64,000 nucleotides of DNA, from assembly GCF_009914755.1 (NCBI RefSeq), contig NC_060944.1, one strand, 5' to 3'. Both the position numbers and the translations under genes were made by a program. Shown here one piece after another: positions 40,551 through 53,590 of this stretch; within the stretch, counting starts at the first letter, position 1, and each line of letters opens with the position of its first letter. The notes beneath the pieces were generated by a model. It was not told where the DNA came from and ran no database searches. It saw nothing but the letters and a program-made list of their open reading frames with translations. Source of the stretch: the human T2T-CHM13v2.0 reference genome, Homo sapiens.

Positions 40551-41449
40551 ATATTGGTAACATTCAGGGCATAAAATCTTAGAGTTGGGATTAAATGGTC
40601 ATCAATCTCAAACTCAAATTCCAGTGGTCAATAGTCTTTGGTTGAGGTCTCTTCCCCAAACTGGAGTTCAAAACCATACAAAAGAGATGATTCAATTTTG
40701 ACGCGTTTTTATGGCTAGAAAAATTTCCCCCTTTTTGACTTGCAATCTTCCTTCCTTAAACAATCTCCCACCCTTATTCTTGTGTTTATGTGATGAGCAA
40801 AACAGAGTAAGTCTATCATTCTCTTCTGTATCATTCCCTTCTATGTCTCTCTTTCCAAAAAAGTTAATGTGAGGATAGTGACATTGTCAGAAGTTGTATC
40901 GTTTCCTCTTTTTTTGGTGTTATTTAGTTTGTCTAAAACCACTGCAAATATCATCACACAATGTTAGCTCCCCGTGTCCCTACTTTCCTCTTGCCCCCCA
41001 GCTTCGTTGATTGAGGGCCCTGCTCCATGCTCTTTTACAAAGTTGTGCTTAGCTGGATCCATTCCTCAGTTTAAGGCACAAGGAGGCAGAAATAGCAGAG
41101 CCAACCTAACTCTCCATTAATGCAGAATCTCTGCCCTCCAAATACACCAGTTTTCCTTAAGATCTTCCAATCTTGCAGTAGTAGCGAAGAGTAGAAGAGA
41201 AGTCCTTGTCTCAAGAAGAGACTAGGATAAATAGAAACACAGGTAAGAGAGAGCTTAAAAAATATACACGTTTAATGCAGAAGTGAATGAACGTGGCTAG
41301 TGTCAGAGAAGAGAATAATGCCTATTTCTTCTCTTAGTCCCAAATATGCTCCTTGGATAAACTCATCAGAACACTGAGCAGATGGACCACAATCTTACCT
41401 GGTGTTCCAGAAATTAGGATTTGATCCCTCCTTTCCCTGATCTGTGGTT

Positions 41450-41725
41450 GACAGAATGGCGTGATAGTTACAAATGAAGACTTTGTAACTGATGGCCTGG
41501 GTTTGAATCCCAGAGCCACATCTCTTTTAGGTCATCTGTGAAATGGGAATGATAATGATAACAACTGTATAGGGTTGCTATGAAGACTGAAGCTAGCACA
41601 CACACACACATATACACACATCATATACATGTATACATACAGAGAGAGAGTGTGAGAAGAAAGGAGTATTTAAAGTAGCTCCTGGTACATCGTATGTGCT
41701 GTATAAATTGATGTCAATGGCTATT
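41450..41725 (+). mobile_element. MIR with internal (CA)n/(GA)n
   Basis: CCTGGGTTTGAATCCCAG...CATCTGTGAAATGGGAATGATAAT. Confidence 0.7.
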
Positions 41726-42892
41726 CCCACTGCTATTATTGCTCTGGGATGGTGTTTAGGCCGCTAGACTTTCTGGAACAAGCCTGACTTTTTTCAGCCT
41801 ATTCTTTAGTTGTACTTGTTAACTGGTCATTGCTCTAGTTTAATTGGCACTCAGGGAGGCTGTCCACTCCCTACTTAGTCTGTCCATGATTCTTGCTGAC
41901 CTAGATTTGTTGTCTCTGTAATTCCCCTTCCAGCTTTTACAGCAAAGAGGCCACGTTGTAAAGCTGAGTAGGGTGTGGTTCCAGGAAGCTAACTCCCCCA
42001 CCCGCCTCCAAATGTCCTTAATTCATAGGGAAGGCCCTGATTGCTTTGGTTATCTCCAGACCCCCCTGTATAGAGGGGCTGCTGGAGCCTCAGTTTTCAT
42101 GTCACTGCTCTGTGGCTTTGTAGGCGGGACTTTGACTTTCTTCCTCAAGGCCAGCTGTTCTAGGGAGCACACTGGAATGTCTCTTTTCTGCTTAACTGTG
42201 CTATGCGTGCTTTGTCTTCTCAGCAATGCCAGAGATGAGTCACCCCTTCACTTGTTTGCTCATTCGTTCTTTTAGAAAGTCTTTATTGAGGTCTTACCAC
42301 ACGCTGCATTTGGCTAAGTGTAGACAGATGGACAGATACTGCCCTTGCCCTTATGGAGTGCATAAGCTACATGCTACTGAAGGTGGTACTGACTTTGAAG
42401 CATCAAGAATAACTCTCAGATTATTTTCCAATGTAATCTGATGAATGAAGGCATTTAAGGAATTCTAGAGGAGGAAGAGGTTGGGGGTGAGATGGGAGAC
42501 AACAGATAATGTAATTTTGCATATGATAATTTGCATATGTTAGTTTGAGGTACTTGTGAATAACCTAAGGGGGGATGTGGCCATATGGTTCCAGAGCAGT
42601 GCTGTCCAGTGGAATATGATGTGAGCCATGTATGGAGTTCTAAGTGTTCTAGTAGCCACATCAAGACAAATAAAAAGAAACAGGTGAAATTAATGTTAAT
42701 ACTGTTTTAATTTAACTCAATATATCCAAAATAATATGTCAGCATTTAATCAATATAAAATTATTAATGAAAACTAGACATTTTGATACTAAATCATCTA
42801 AATCCAATTTATATTTTACATTTACAGAGCCTCTCAATTTGGATGTTAAGTTTTCATTCGTATGAAAAATTGATAGTTGTAAAAGTAGATTT

Positions 42893-43087
42893 GGATTGTT
42901 TGTAACACAAAGGATAAATGCTTGAGGGAGTAGATACCCCATTTTACATGATGTGATTATTTCACGTGATGTGATTAGTTCACATGATGTGATTAGTTCA
43001 CATTGCATGCCTTATCAAAACATCTCATGTACCCCATAAATTTATACACCTACTATGTACCCACAAAAATCAAAATGAAAAATTTTT
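42893..43087 (+). mobile_element. Short L1MA 3' end
   Basis: GTAACACAAAGGATAAATGCTTGAGG...CTACTATGTACCCACAAAAAT; exact 13-bp TSD TAAAAGTAGATTT (42880-42892 / 43088-43100). Confidence 0.88.
42943..43003. repeat. 18-bp tandem repeat, about 3.4 copies (TTCACATGATGTGATTAG)
   Basis: Units start at 42943, 42961, 42979 and 42997 (partial). Confidence 0.92.
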
Positions 43088-44743
43088 TAAAAGTAGATTT
43101 ACATACCTAAATTGTTCCAAACATTATTAAAGGTGTTCCAATAATTAAATTGAGTATAATTTTTAAAAAATCAAAATAAATGAAAATGAAATACAATTTT
43201 TAAAATGCAGTTGCTCAGTCATACTAGCTGCATTTCTAGTGCTCAATAGCCACATGTGGCTAGTGGCTGCTACACACAACAGCTCTTAAGGGGGGATCTG
43301 GGCTAAAGATTCTCCAGACTACAGACGAGATCTGACACCAAGAGAGTGAATGAAATCACCCTGGAAGATTATGCAGAAGAAGAGATGCTGGATGATCTCC
43401 ATGGGCCTGCCCTTCTACATGTTATTTCTGAGCCTCAGCCACTGCTTAAAATTGTTCATTAGCTTAGATTTGGGTATATGATTGATGAGGAAGATTCTAG
43501 ACCCGGTTTGAAAATGGGGCCACAGGGATGGACACTGGGATGTGGGTGTCTGCCCTTAAACATCTCCCTGAGTCGGAGAGTATCTAGATGCTGCTAGGGT
43601 GTTTGCTGAACCCTCTTGATTCATTGGAGATCTGGGTTAATTTCGGCCAAACCCCATCTCATGGCCTCCACAAAAGCCAAGCTTGCCTGAGGCTCCTTTA
43701 CCTCCCATCTCCTCTGGCCTACTGGGTAGGTGTGGTCTCTAGATCATTTAAAGTCTGCTGGTCCAGAAACCCAGACACTTCACTGCTTTCTACAAAACCT
43801 CCCCTCACTCCAGGCATTGTTGAATTTAGCCACCTTATAGAAGAATGGGAGTAAGCAACACAATTACAGCTCTTCAAGATGCCTCTGTCTTCCCTCTGCC
43901 TTCTAACTTCCCTCTCCTATTTCTGTTTGCACTGCTCTTTTTCTCCCCCTTCAATGACAAATACATTGCCTGGTCTTCCCATAATGGAAGGTTAGGCTTG
44001 TTCTTGATGCCTTTCCACTAATCCTAAATGTCTTATCCGACCTTTTCACCCAAAAAAATACAAAAGCCTCCTTAAGAAAAATTTAGGTCAATAAAATTAT
44101 CCCCTCTCAGGGCAACTGCTTTCTGAACTGTGTCTTTTATTCTTCGTCTCCTCCTATGATACGGTTCATGTTCCCCACAGTGCCTGCTCAACAGAACGCG
44201 GTCAGTTTATATTTGCTTAACGACTGCCCCTGCTTCTTACTTCCCATAAACTCTGCCTTTCAGAGGAGAATTGAACTAATTGCACCTTTATCCATTTCAT
44301 CCAGGCCACAGACAAAACCACAGTTCATTTGGTGGCTGAAGCTTACTGAAAACTTCCTTTCGTCTTGATGCAGCCAGCTTTTTGGATTACATGGCAAGGG
44401 TGGCCTGAGCAAAGCGATGGGAAAGAGTTGTTGGTGGAACAGTGAGTGCTTGTGACTGTGGGACTAGAGCCTTGCCTCCAGAATTTAGCATGCTGCTGCC
44501 CAGGAAATTAAGCCTTCAAGTCTACAGACTTGCAATGAGTATGGTCGAGATGGGAGTATTGGGTGGTTCCAAGAATCACTGAGAAACAAAAATTAATTTG
44601 GGTACTTTAGATGCCTACTGATGGCTGAGAAAGAGAATAAGAATGTTTGAAGCCTTAAAGGGTAAAAGTCAAGGAAATGGCAGTGGCCTCTGCTATAAAC
44701 CATATAGGTGGAGCAGAATGGCAGCTTGAGTTGCCAAGGAAGT

Positions 44744-46145
44744 CATTCATTCATTCATTCATTCATCTACCCATCCATTCATTCATTCACTCATATACCA
44801 GGCACATCTCATGGGCTAGCATCTACTGAATAATTAACATGTATCAGACAGTATTCCAAGCACTTTGCTTGCATTAACTTATTTAATCCTCCAAATGACC
44901 CAATTAATCTGAAGGATGGGAGTCAGCAACACAATGACTTATAAGTAGTTACTTAACTTGCTCAAGCTTATATAGCTATTAAATAGTGGAGTCAGAAATT
45001 GAACTTGGAAGTCTCACTTCAGAGTATTTTTACTTTACCACTAAATTGGCAAATAAGACTGAATTCTTGGTCTCCTGGACTTTACATTGTAGTAGGAGAG
45101 ACAGCCAATAAACATGCACATGAACGTTAAATAAAAAATATGATTTCAGACAGTGAAAAAGGATATTATCAGATAATGATATTGACTAACTGGAAGGGCA
45201 GTGTGTCAGAGTAGCTACTTTAGCTAGGTGGTCAAGCATGGCCACTCAGAAAAGATATTTAAACCAAGATGAAAATGATAATGAGAAGCTAGAAACATGC
45301 AGATCTAGAAGGAGCATGCTTCAGGCAGAAGGAATAGCTAAAACAAGTTCTTAAGGTAGATCTAGTAGAATTGTTAATGCCTTGCCTACATCCCAAGGGC
45401 CAAGGTACACATCCCCTGGCTTCCCTGAGTGTTGGCTGCTATCTGCTTACAACTGCAATTGCGCTTTCCTGCAGGAGAATGCCTGAGATGATGTCCACCC
45501 TCAGGGGTGGACCACAGCCAATGACTGAATGGAAAAAGATGCCAGTCTGTTGCCTTAAGCAGGGCCATGGGATCATCAGGCTGAATCTGGTCTCTGGTGG
45601 AGACTGTATCTTTGATTGGCGTCTTTCCTTTCTCTGTTCTATCTCCCAAACTATTTTGTAGGTTTGTCCTGAGAGTCCTCCCTGCATGCACAAGAATCCC
45701 CATCACAGGCTCTCCACTGGGAAACCCCATCTGGGACAAAGGGAAAGAGCTTGGTGCAATGGAAGGATAGCAAGGGGACCAGCATGGCTAAAGCCCAGTA
45801 AGTGAAGGGGAGAGTATTAGGGAATCGTGGTAAAGATGAGAGAAGGAGACAGCTTAAGGAAAATTATGTGGGCTGTGTAAAAAGCTTAGATTCCACTCAA
45901 AGGCAGTGGGAAAACTTTGGAAGGTAATTTGGGTGTGAAAATACTCTCACCAGCTGCAGTGTGGAGAGTAGGATGGAGGTAAGGCGAGGCAGAGAGCCCA
46001 GTTGGCCATCAGTTGTAACATTCCAGGCAAGAAATGATAGTATCTTGAATTTAAAAGGTAGTGGCAAAGGGGGTGAGCTAGGAGCTGAATGTGGGGGGTA
46101 TTCTGGAGGTAGAGCCGAGGCTTCCTGATAAATTGGATATGGCAG
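44744..46145 (-). mobile_element. L2 with (CATT)n tail, interrupted by MIR (about 44820-45050) and LTR (45372-45738)
   Basis: (CATT)n tail, CAGGCAGAAGGAATAGC, CCAGGCAAGAAATGATAG, CTGATAAATTGGATATG. Confidence 0.7.
45372..45738 (+). mobile_element. LTR16-family LTR
   Basis: TG...CA ends; CACAGCCAATGACTGA, CAAGAATCCCCATCACAGGCTCT. Confidence 0.55.
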
Positions 46146-46214
46146 AGTTAAGGAGTCTAGGTTTAGTAGTCAGGCAAATGGCTAGGTTTGGTGGGACCAG
46201 TACTTACTCCATCT

Positions 46215-46376
46215 TTTTTTTTTTTTTTTTTCCTGTTAAGAACTTAAAACAAATCTTTTGTAGAGTCAGGATCTCCTATGTTGCCCAGGCTGACCTCAAA
46301 CTCCTGGGCTCAAGAACTTCTTCTGCCTCAGCGCCCCCAAAGTGCCAGGATTACAAGTGTGAGTCACTACTTACTT
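46215..46376 (-). mobile_element. FLAM_C-like Alu monomer
   Basis: Poly-T, TATGTTGCCCAGGCTG...AACTCCTGGGCTCAAG...CCCAAAGTGCCAGGATTACA. Confidence 0.8.
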
Positions 46377-47076
46377 GATCTTAAGCCCTGGAAGTTTTTC
46401 ACATGGGTTGGTTCCTCTTAATTCCAGCTTTGTCATTGGCAGATGAACCTGAAAACGGATACAGTTTTCAATTAACATGATACAAAATGGCAGTTAAGGG
46501 AAAGTAATGGCATCATTCTATTGTCTTCCTCTCCCCTCAGCTTTCCCTATAATTTTTTATACCTCCGTGTGTTTGCTCCTTTTTGCTCCTTACATTTCTT
46601 TAACAGTGGTGGTGTGGCTTTAATTAGATACTCCATTTAAGCTGGGAGAAGGCAATGCCATAGCTCCCTGCTTTCTTCTGGGCAGGCCCCGTTGTGCACG
46701 GCTTACTTTCACAGCAATGGCCTTGATTAAGCGAAGGCCAAGGAGCCACGCAGCATCAGGGAAGGCAGAACTCTATTACCCTACTGCTGTCAATCCCAAG
46801 AGGATGTGAGTGGGAAAGCAAGCGTGGAGTGACTGTGGGAGAATGAATGGTTACCCTCCCCTTCTAAGAACCTCCCAGAATATGGAATAGATTAGGATAC
46901 TCGGAAGCTGTCAATGCTGCAGGTCATGCCGAGAGGGGTGGTAAGTGTCCCAAGGGCACAGGCCTCCCTGATTTCAGGGTGAGGCCTGAAATTAGCAGGA
47001 GGCCCTGGATGGGGAGCCCAGGCTGTGGGTGGAGGAAGGGAGCTTTTTTTCATTCTCCTTTGTTCAAAATAAGGAC

Positions 47077-47090
47077 TTTTTTTTCTTTTC

Positions 47091-47123
<33 letters not shown>
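47077..47123. repeat. T-rich/(TTTTC)n tract
   Basis: Direct reading. Confidence 0.9.
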
Positions 47124-48307
47124 TGTTAGTGGGAGGGTGGGACATGAGCATAGCCAAAAATTTATTAACTCTTCTTAACTTTCCTAACTCAGGGAGGGAG
47201 ATGTTAGCACCAGTGTCTTCCAAGAGAGCATCATTCACAGAGCTCCCTGGGATCTGGGAACGCCATGATTAAGAAAGCAGATGCAGGCACTCATACTAAG
47301 AAAAGTGAGTCTCAATCAGAGAGAGATGCTTAACAGAACCATGAATAATTGGAGGGACAGAATCCACATAGGCCTTTTAATTGATGGAAGTAAAGCATTT
47401 ACAGTGTGAACAATAAGTGGAAAAGAAGTCACAGTTTTTCTTGATCCACTGTGCCCAAGTCAGATGCCCCATCACTTCCTGCTTAATGCAATGCCATTGT
47501 GCCTTGACTTGCAGGCAAAGTAAGTAGTTAATTTTCTATCTCTAGGTGTGAAAGCAATGCTTGTTTAATTTTTGGTGATGTCGCTATCTGTTATCAATGT
47601 CTTGAACAGTGCAATTTTCAAGAGGACCAAGAGGCAAACATACAGTGCTGAGCACAGAAGTGCAGCTTGGCTGCTTTGGATCAGGATCTGGCTTTGTTCC
47701 CTGTCTCACACTTTTTCTCCAGCCAGGTAAAATCGCCTGTTGTTTCTACCTGCAGGCCTGCTGAGCCTCAGTCTGACAGTAGTGCCTTTCCACAGCAAGA
47801 ATTATATAGGAAACTCCCTGAAAGTTGTGCAAGATGGACATTCATTCTGTCACATTCATTTTGCTTTAGTTAACTAGAGGTTAAGGAGCCGGTAGGCCAC
47901 ACTTAGAGGGAGGTAAGGCAGGTGACTGAGGGTGTTTAGCAAGTGTTGGAGATGTGGTCTGCGATTTGGTAGTGCGGTCAGAAGTAAGAATATACCTTTG
48001 GGAATCATGCAGTGAGGATGGGAGCCAATGAGAATCTTCATGGAATAAAAATGTTCTCTGCTCACTATACTGAGCCAAGAGAACAAGCCAAGAGAGGTAT
48101 TTTTGGAAATAACTTCCATTAAGTGATGGACAAGAATAAGGAAAAGACACTTTATATGAGTAAGTGAGAAAAGTTGGAGGGAAACCAACATCACAGAAAC
48201 CAGGAAGAGAGGTCTCATCTTGAGAAGCAAGAATGCTTCTGGGATTACTAATAGGATGGGTGTCAAACCCAGACCTTTGATTTGGCTAACCCTAGAAAAG
48301 ACAATTT

Positions 48308-48513
48308 CATTTTGGGTTGATTTTTGTGTATGGTATGATGTAAGAGTTCAGTTTCATTCTTCTGCATGTGGATATCTAGTTTTCCCAACATTCTTTAGTG
48401 AAGAGATTGTCCTTTTCCCATTGTGTGTTTTTGGCACCTTTGTAGAAAATCAATTGACTATAAATGTGGAGATTCCTTTCTGGGCTTTCTATTATGTTTC
48501 ATTGGTCAATGTG
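48308..48513 (-). mobile_element. L1 (L1MA/PB-like) ORF2 fragment, antisense
   Basis: TTCATTCTTCTGCATGTGGATATCTAGTTTTCCCAACA...TTGGCACCTTTGT. Confidence 0.85.
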
Positions 48514-48856
48514 AAAGATTTCTACACTTTGTAATCTAATGTGTAGAATTCCAACATTCTAAAAAGTTCAAAACACTGATGAAAGAAATTGAAGAAGATA
48601 CAAATAAGTAGAAACATATTCTGTGTTCATGGATTGGAAGAATTAATATTGTTAAAATGTCCATACTACCTAAAGTGATCTGCAGATTTCAATGCAATCC
48701 CTATCAAATTCTGATGTCATTTTTCGTAGAACTAGAAAAAAATCCTAAAATTCATATGGAACCACACAAAACCCCAAACAGCCAAGGCAATCTTGAGGAA
48801 AAAGAACAAACCTGGAGGCATCACACTACTTGCTTTCAAACTGTATTTCAAGGCTA
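48511..48856 (+). mobile_element. L1 (L1MA/PB-like) ORF2 fragment, sense
   Basis: TGTTCATGGATTGGAAGAATTAATATTGTTAAAATGTCCATACTACC (MSILPK..). Confidence 0.88.
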
Positions 48857-50249
48857 TCAAGAAATGAGTCTCACATTTATTTGATGCCTTCTACATTTAG
48901 TGCTAGGTGAGACAATTTTTTTTTTTTATGGAAGGCATAGAGAGAGAAGAGGAAGTGGACACTATGGACTGGTAGAAAAAGGAAGGCAAGAGAGTGAAGA
49001 GTGAATGAGGAGAGGATGTCATTGGTGTTTGTGTGTTTGTTTTTGAATGAGAAGATTTGAGCCTGTGTTGAGGAACTGGACAAGTAGTCAGTGGAAGGAG
49101 AAAATAGAGACCCTAATCATCAAAGGGAAGCCCCTGCATGGTAGAAGGCAGGTGAAGGGGTTAACCTGTCCATGTGTCAGGGAATGTTTCTTCCAAGATG
49201 GGCGGGAAGGAAGAAAGTTTGGGTGATGATCCAAAGAAAACTTAAGGAGTTTGGGAGGAAACTTGTGGGAGTTCTCATCAGATGTTCTCAATTTTCCCAA
49301 GGAAGTAGGTGGAGAGGTCATCTTTGAGAGTAAATAGGCAGGGGAGGAAATAGAGCTGGAGGAGAAGGCTGGCTGCTGTGGTGAATTCCAAGACAAGGAG
49401 TAAGTATACTGTGGATGATAAAAAGAAAGGGTTACAGCCAGGCACAGAGCCTGGCTACCAAAGTCCACCTTGTGTGTTTACTCTGCCCCAGCCCCCTTTG
49501 ACTCTGATGCTGACAAGGCCAGAAGAGCCTTTCAATGTGCAGAGATTTATTGAAAAGGGTAGATAGTTGAAAGATAAAACTCTGAATTGCTTTTAAATAG
49601 CCAGAGAAGACTTTACTGAGGAGGAGGGAGTTTAGAGTTCTGAGAACACAGAAAATTTGAGTATTACTCCAGGATAAGATAGATCTCTTTGGAAACACAT
49701 GCCTTACTTATTTGGGGGAATTGAGAGAAGCAATGATTATTCAGTGGATTACCCAGATTCCTCTTTTTATTTCACTGTGCCACTGCCAGAATTTGATTTG
49801 TGACCCAGCGTGGCTATGTTTCATCTTACCTCTGATAAATGATGGATTGGGGATTTTTTAGGTTATGTGTGTTTTTCAACTATTTGGCATTATGACTGAT
49901 TGATATTTTCATAGCAGTAAGTTTATGTTTAATGTCATCTTCAAGCCAGGGATGAAAGTTTTATTTGAAGTCTTACTTTTCAATACATTCTTATTCATCA
50001 TCCTGACCTTCAACTTGTAGAGATTTCCTTATTTTTCCAGTTTTGGGGAAGAAATGTCCCAGTCTAGAAATCCAACTGACCTATCTTCCTCCAATTACAC
50101 ATTGAAAACAGTGGTTTCCATAGAGGTTTGAAAGTGGGTCTATAACTCTCAGTTTATCACCTTCAATCTCCTGAAGAGAAGGCTCAAGGTAAAGTATATA
50201 AAAATAACCAATGATGTTTAGTTTGCGGATAACTGAGTTGAAACAATTA

Positions 50250-50426
50250 GTATCAGCTACATAATTTATTTGCAGGGCCCAGTGCAAAATAAAAATGTTG
50301 GACCTTGTTGAAAAATTATTACAATTTCAAGACAGTGACAGCAGAGCATTAAACCAATCATGGGACCCCTCCAAGCACGGAGCTCTGTGTGGCAGTTTGA
50401 GTCTCGTACCCACAAAGTCAGTCCTG
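50250..50426. mobile_element. MER91-like hAT-Tip100 fossil
   Basis: GCAGGGCCCAGTGCAAAATAAAAATG...GACAGCAGAGCATTAAACCAA. Confidence 0.6.
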
Positions 50427-50780
50427 GAAGCAATCCAAGGGCAGTAACACAAGTTGCAGAAGCCTCACCAGCTTTCGTCATTCCTTCCCTTTTACTACTT
50501 GGTCTAAGTCCTGAGCCAGGTTATTCTGTAACTTCCCTTGTGGAAAAGCTGAGTCAGCCCAACATAACACTGTTGTGATCTGTTGCCCTGTGACTGCCCT
50601 GGGACCCTGGGCAGGGAGTTGGGAGTGGGGTGATGTGGCGGATAGAGCTTGGGCAGGGGTAAACCTGTGAGCCCTGTTCCAGGAAGGGATCACATGTCAG
50701 CTTCTGAAGCATTTTTAATTCTTGCCTAGAAGTGACTGCTTTCAGAACTGCCTCTAAAGTATCATCTTCTTGGTTCCTTC

Positions 50781-51056
50781 CTTTGTTTGTTGGTTTTGGA
50801 CAGAGTCTCCCTCTGTAGCCCAGGCTGGAGTGCAGTGGCATGATCTCAGCTCACCTCCCAGGTAGAAGCAATTCTTGTGCCTCATTGTCCGAAGTAGCTG
50901 GGACTACAGGTGTGTGCCACCACGCCCAGCTAATTTTTGTATTTTTAGTAGATGGGTTTTCACCATATTGGCCAGGCTGGTCTTGAACTCCTGACCTCAG
51001 GTGATCTACCCACCTTGGTCTCCCAAAGTGCTGGGATTACAGGTGTGAGTCTGGCC
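50781..51056 (-). mobile_element. AluS (Sx-like) with internal deletions
   Basis: Antisense dimer; TSD-like ATCTTCTTGGTTC at about 50764 and 51109. Confidence 0.88.
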
Positions 51057-51118
51057 TAATCTTCTTGGCCTCCAAAAGTGCTGGGATTACAGGCCTGTGC
51101 CCAGCCTAATCTTCTTGG
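51014..51118. repeat. 50-bp tandem duplication of the Alu 5' end plus flank
   Basis: CTTGG at 51014, 51064 and 51114; AAAGTGCTGGGATTACAGG and GCCTAATCTTCTTGG each occur twice. Confidence 0.9.
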
Positions 51119-52044
51119 TTCTTTGAAAACAAAAATCTGTCAGCCAAAACAGTTTGTTCAAATGAGGGACATCTTACCAGGAGAAAAGAGTCCACTTAGC
51201 CACTGGGCACAATGTTTCAACTAGGAGCAAATATGTGTCCAATTTGTGTTCCTATTTTCAGTAGAAACCCCTATCCCTCCTCTGCTTTCTGATGGAGGGT
51301 ACCCTAAACCCTGACTATACAGTTTTGACTTTAGTGATTAACAGCTGGATAAATCCCATCTAACTTAAAAGGTCTTGGAGTGGGGGAAGAACTCTCCATC
51401 CATGAAGGAATTTTTGTAGCTGTCCTGGGAAACCTATCGGGGTGCCTCATCCGACTGACAGTGAGGTGGCAGGGATTTAAGATTTAAGCAAGACCATGAG
51501 TTAGAACCCTTGAGACCTGCTAAACATGAGGTGGAAACAACTGTGCAAGTTCAAAATAAGAAGTAGGGTGGAAACGTACGAGGGGGAGGGGAATTTGTGG
51601 GGGAGGAGGCACAGCACAATCACTGGAGGGCATAGCAGAGAGGAGCTGGAAGGGTCAGGTCTCCAACCTTGGGGTGCAGTGGAAACTGCAAGAGCAGGGT
51701 ATAGAGGAGGATGGAGCCAGGGCCACCAGGCAAAAGTGTTGGTTACCAAGACAACATGTTCAACATTATCTCCTGTGTCCTCTAAGGTACTTAGGGGCCA
51801 GTGGCCTAGCAGAGCAGACCTGGGGCTGCAGTTGCTGAGACAATTGTTTGAAATAGTCATAGGTCGGAGGCAGAGCAAGAGGATGTTCTGTAGAAAGAGT
51901 GTAAAAGGATAATAATTTAGTCCTCTTGTTCCAAAGAGGAAATCTGTGCATTTCCAATTTTCAGTCTGATAAGTAAGCTCTTCATGGGCAAAGACAATTT
52001 ACACTAGTCTTGTGCTATTTTTTTTTTTTACTGTAGAATATATA

Positions 52045-52171
52045 TTTAATTTTTTTTATTGTACTTTAAATTCTGGGATACATGTGCAGAATGTGCAGGT
52101 TTGTTACACAGGTATACATGTGCCATGGTGGTTTGCTGCACCCATCAACCCATCATCTACATTAGGTATTT
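52045..52171 (-). mobile_element. Short L1PA 3' end
   Basis: GATACATGTGCAGAATGTGCAGGTTTGTTAC...CATCTACATTAGGTATTT. Confidence 0.9.
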
Positions 52172-52184
52172 TGTGGAAAAATAA

Positions 52185-52415
<231 letters not shown>

Positions 52416-52669
52416 CTCTTTTGTATCTGGTTTGTTATGTCTGGAGAGTCATCCGTGTTGTTGTGGGTAGCAATTGTTTATTCTTTTGCATTGCTGAGTA
52501 TTATTCCCTTGTAAGACTTATATCCCATTAGTTGGTTATTTATTTTCCTGCTGATGGGTATTTGTGTTGTTCTCATCTTGGGGGTATTATGAATTAAGCC
52601 ACAATGGGCTTTCTTTCATAAATCTTTTATTGTGGACATATCCTCTCTTTTCTCTTTATTCTTTTCCTA

Positions 52670-53590
52670 TTTCACTGACTCCTTTATTGATGTTCTCTGT
52701 TGGTTTCTCCTGACCTCCTCAACCTTTAAAAGTTGAGCTCTCCCACTCTCAGTTCAGATCTTGGCCCTCTTCTCCACTCGCACTCATGTTTTGGATGATC
52801 TCATTCAGTCTCATGGCTTTAAATATCTTACGATGCCTAAATTTATATCTCCATCTCAGCTCTCTCATTTAAACTCTATATTTATACATTCAAATGTCTT
52901 TTCAATACCCCTACTTGGGTATTTAGTGGGTATCTCAAACTTCATGAGATAGAAAGTGACCTTCTGATTAAACCTTCATAATCTGTTCCACCCCTGGTCT
53001 TGTCCATCTCAGCTGTGGCAACTCCATCCTTCTAGGTGCTCAAGCTGAAAAAACTTGGAGAAATCATTGACTCCTCTCTTTCTCTCCCACCTCACATCCA
53101 ATTCACCACAAAATCCCATGAAAACTATCTTCAAAATACATCTTGAATTCAACCATGTCTCACCACATCCATTGCCATCTCTCAAGCCTGGTATTTCTGT
53201 TTCAGCCTTTGTTCCTCTATACTCTTTCACAAAGAAGCCAGGATGATTCCTTTTAAAGCAAAAGCCAGACCATGTCACTCATCTATTCAAAATCTTCCAA
53301 GGGCATCTCATCTTACTTAGAGTCAAAGTCAAATCCCTTCCTATGGCATATAAGGTCCAACATGAACAGGCTTCCTTCATCTCTCCTCTACACAATCTCT
53401 TCCTAGTCTTGCTATAGCCAAATTTGTCTCCTTGCTGTTTGTGAAAAAGCCAAACATATTTCTACCTCAGGAAATTTGTTCTTGCTGTTTGCTCTTTCTG
53501 AACTGGTGTTTCTCCAGATACCTGCATAGACTGCTTTTTTACCTTCTTCAGATGTCTGTCAAGTATCATTTTATTACGAAGCATTCCTTT
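52670..53590 (+). mobile_element. L2
   Basis: TCTCATTCAGTCTCATGGCTTTAAATA, ATCATTGACTCCTCTCTTTCTCTC, CATGTCACTC. Confidence 0.8.

Larger units (their letters stand above)
42597..43283. mobile_element. MER33/Charlie1-family hAT fossil, interrupted by L1MA and inserted in L2
   Basis: CAGTGCTGTCCA start, AAAAAGAAACAGGTGAAATTAAT, end GTGCTCAATAGCCACATGTGGCTAGTGGCT. Confidence 0.8.

Noticed and set aside
42943-43003. CRISPR-like array
   Set aside because: Contiguous tandem units without spacers, in mammalian DNA.
47077-47123. Poly-T as the tail of a processed pseudogene
   Set aside because: No recognisable retrocopy body or TSD adjacent.
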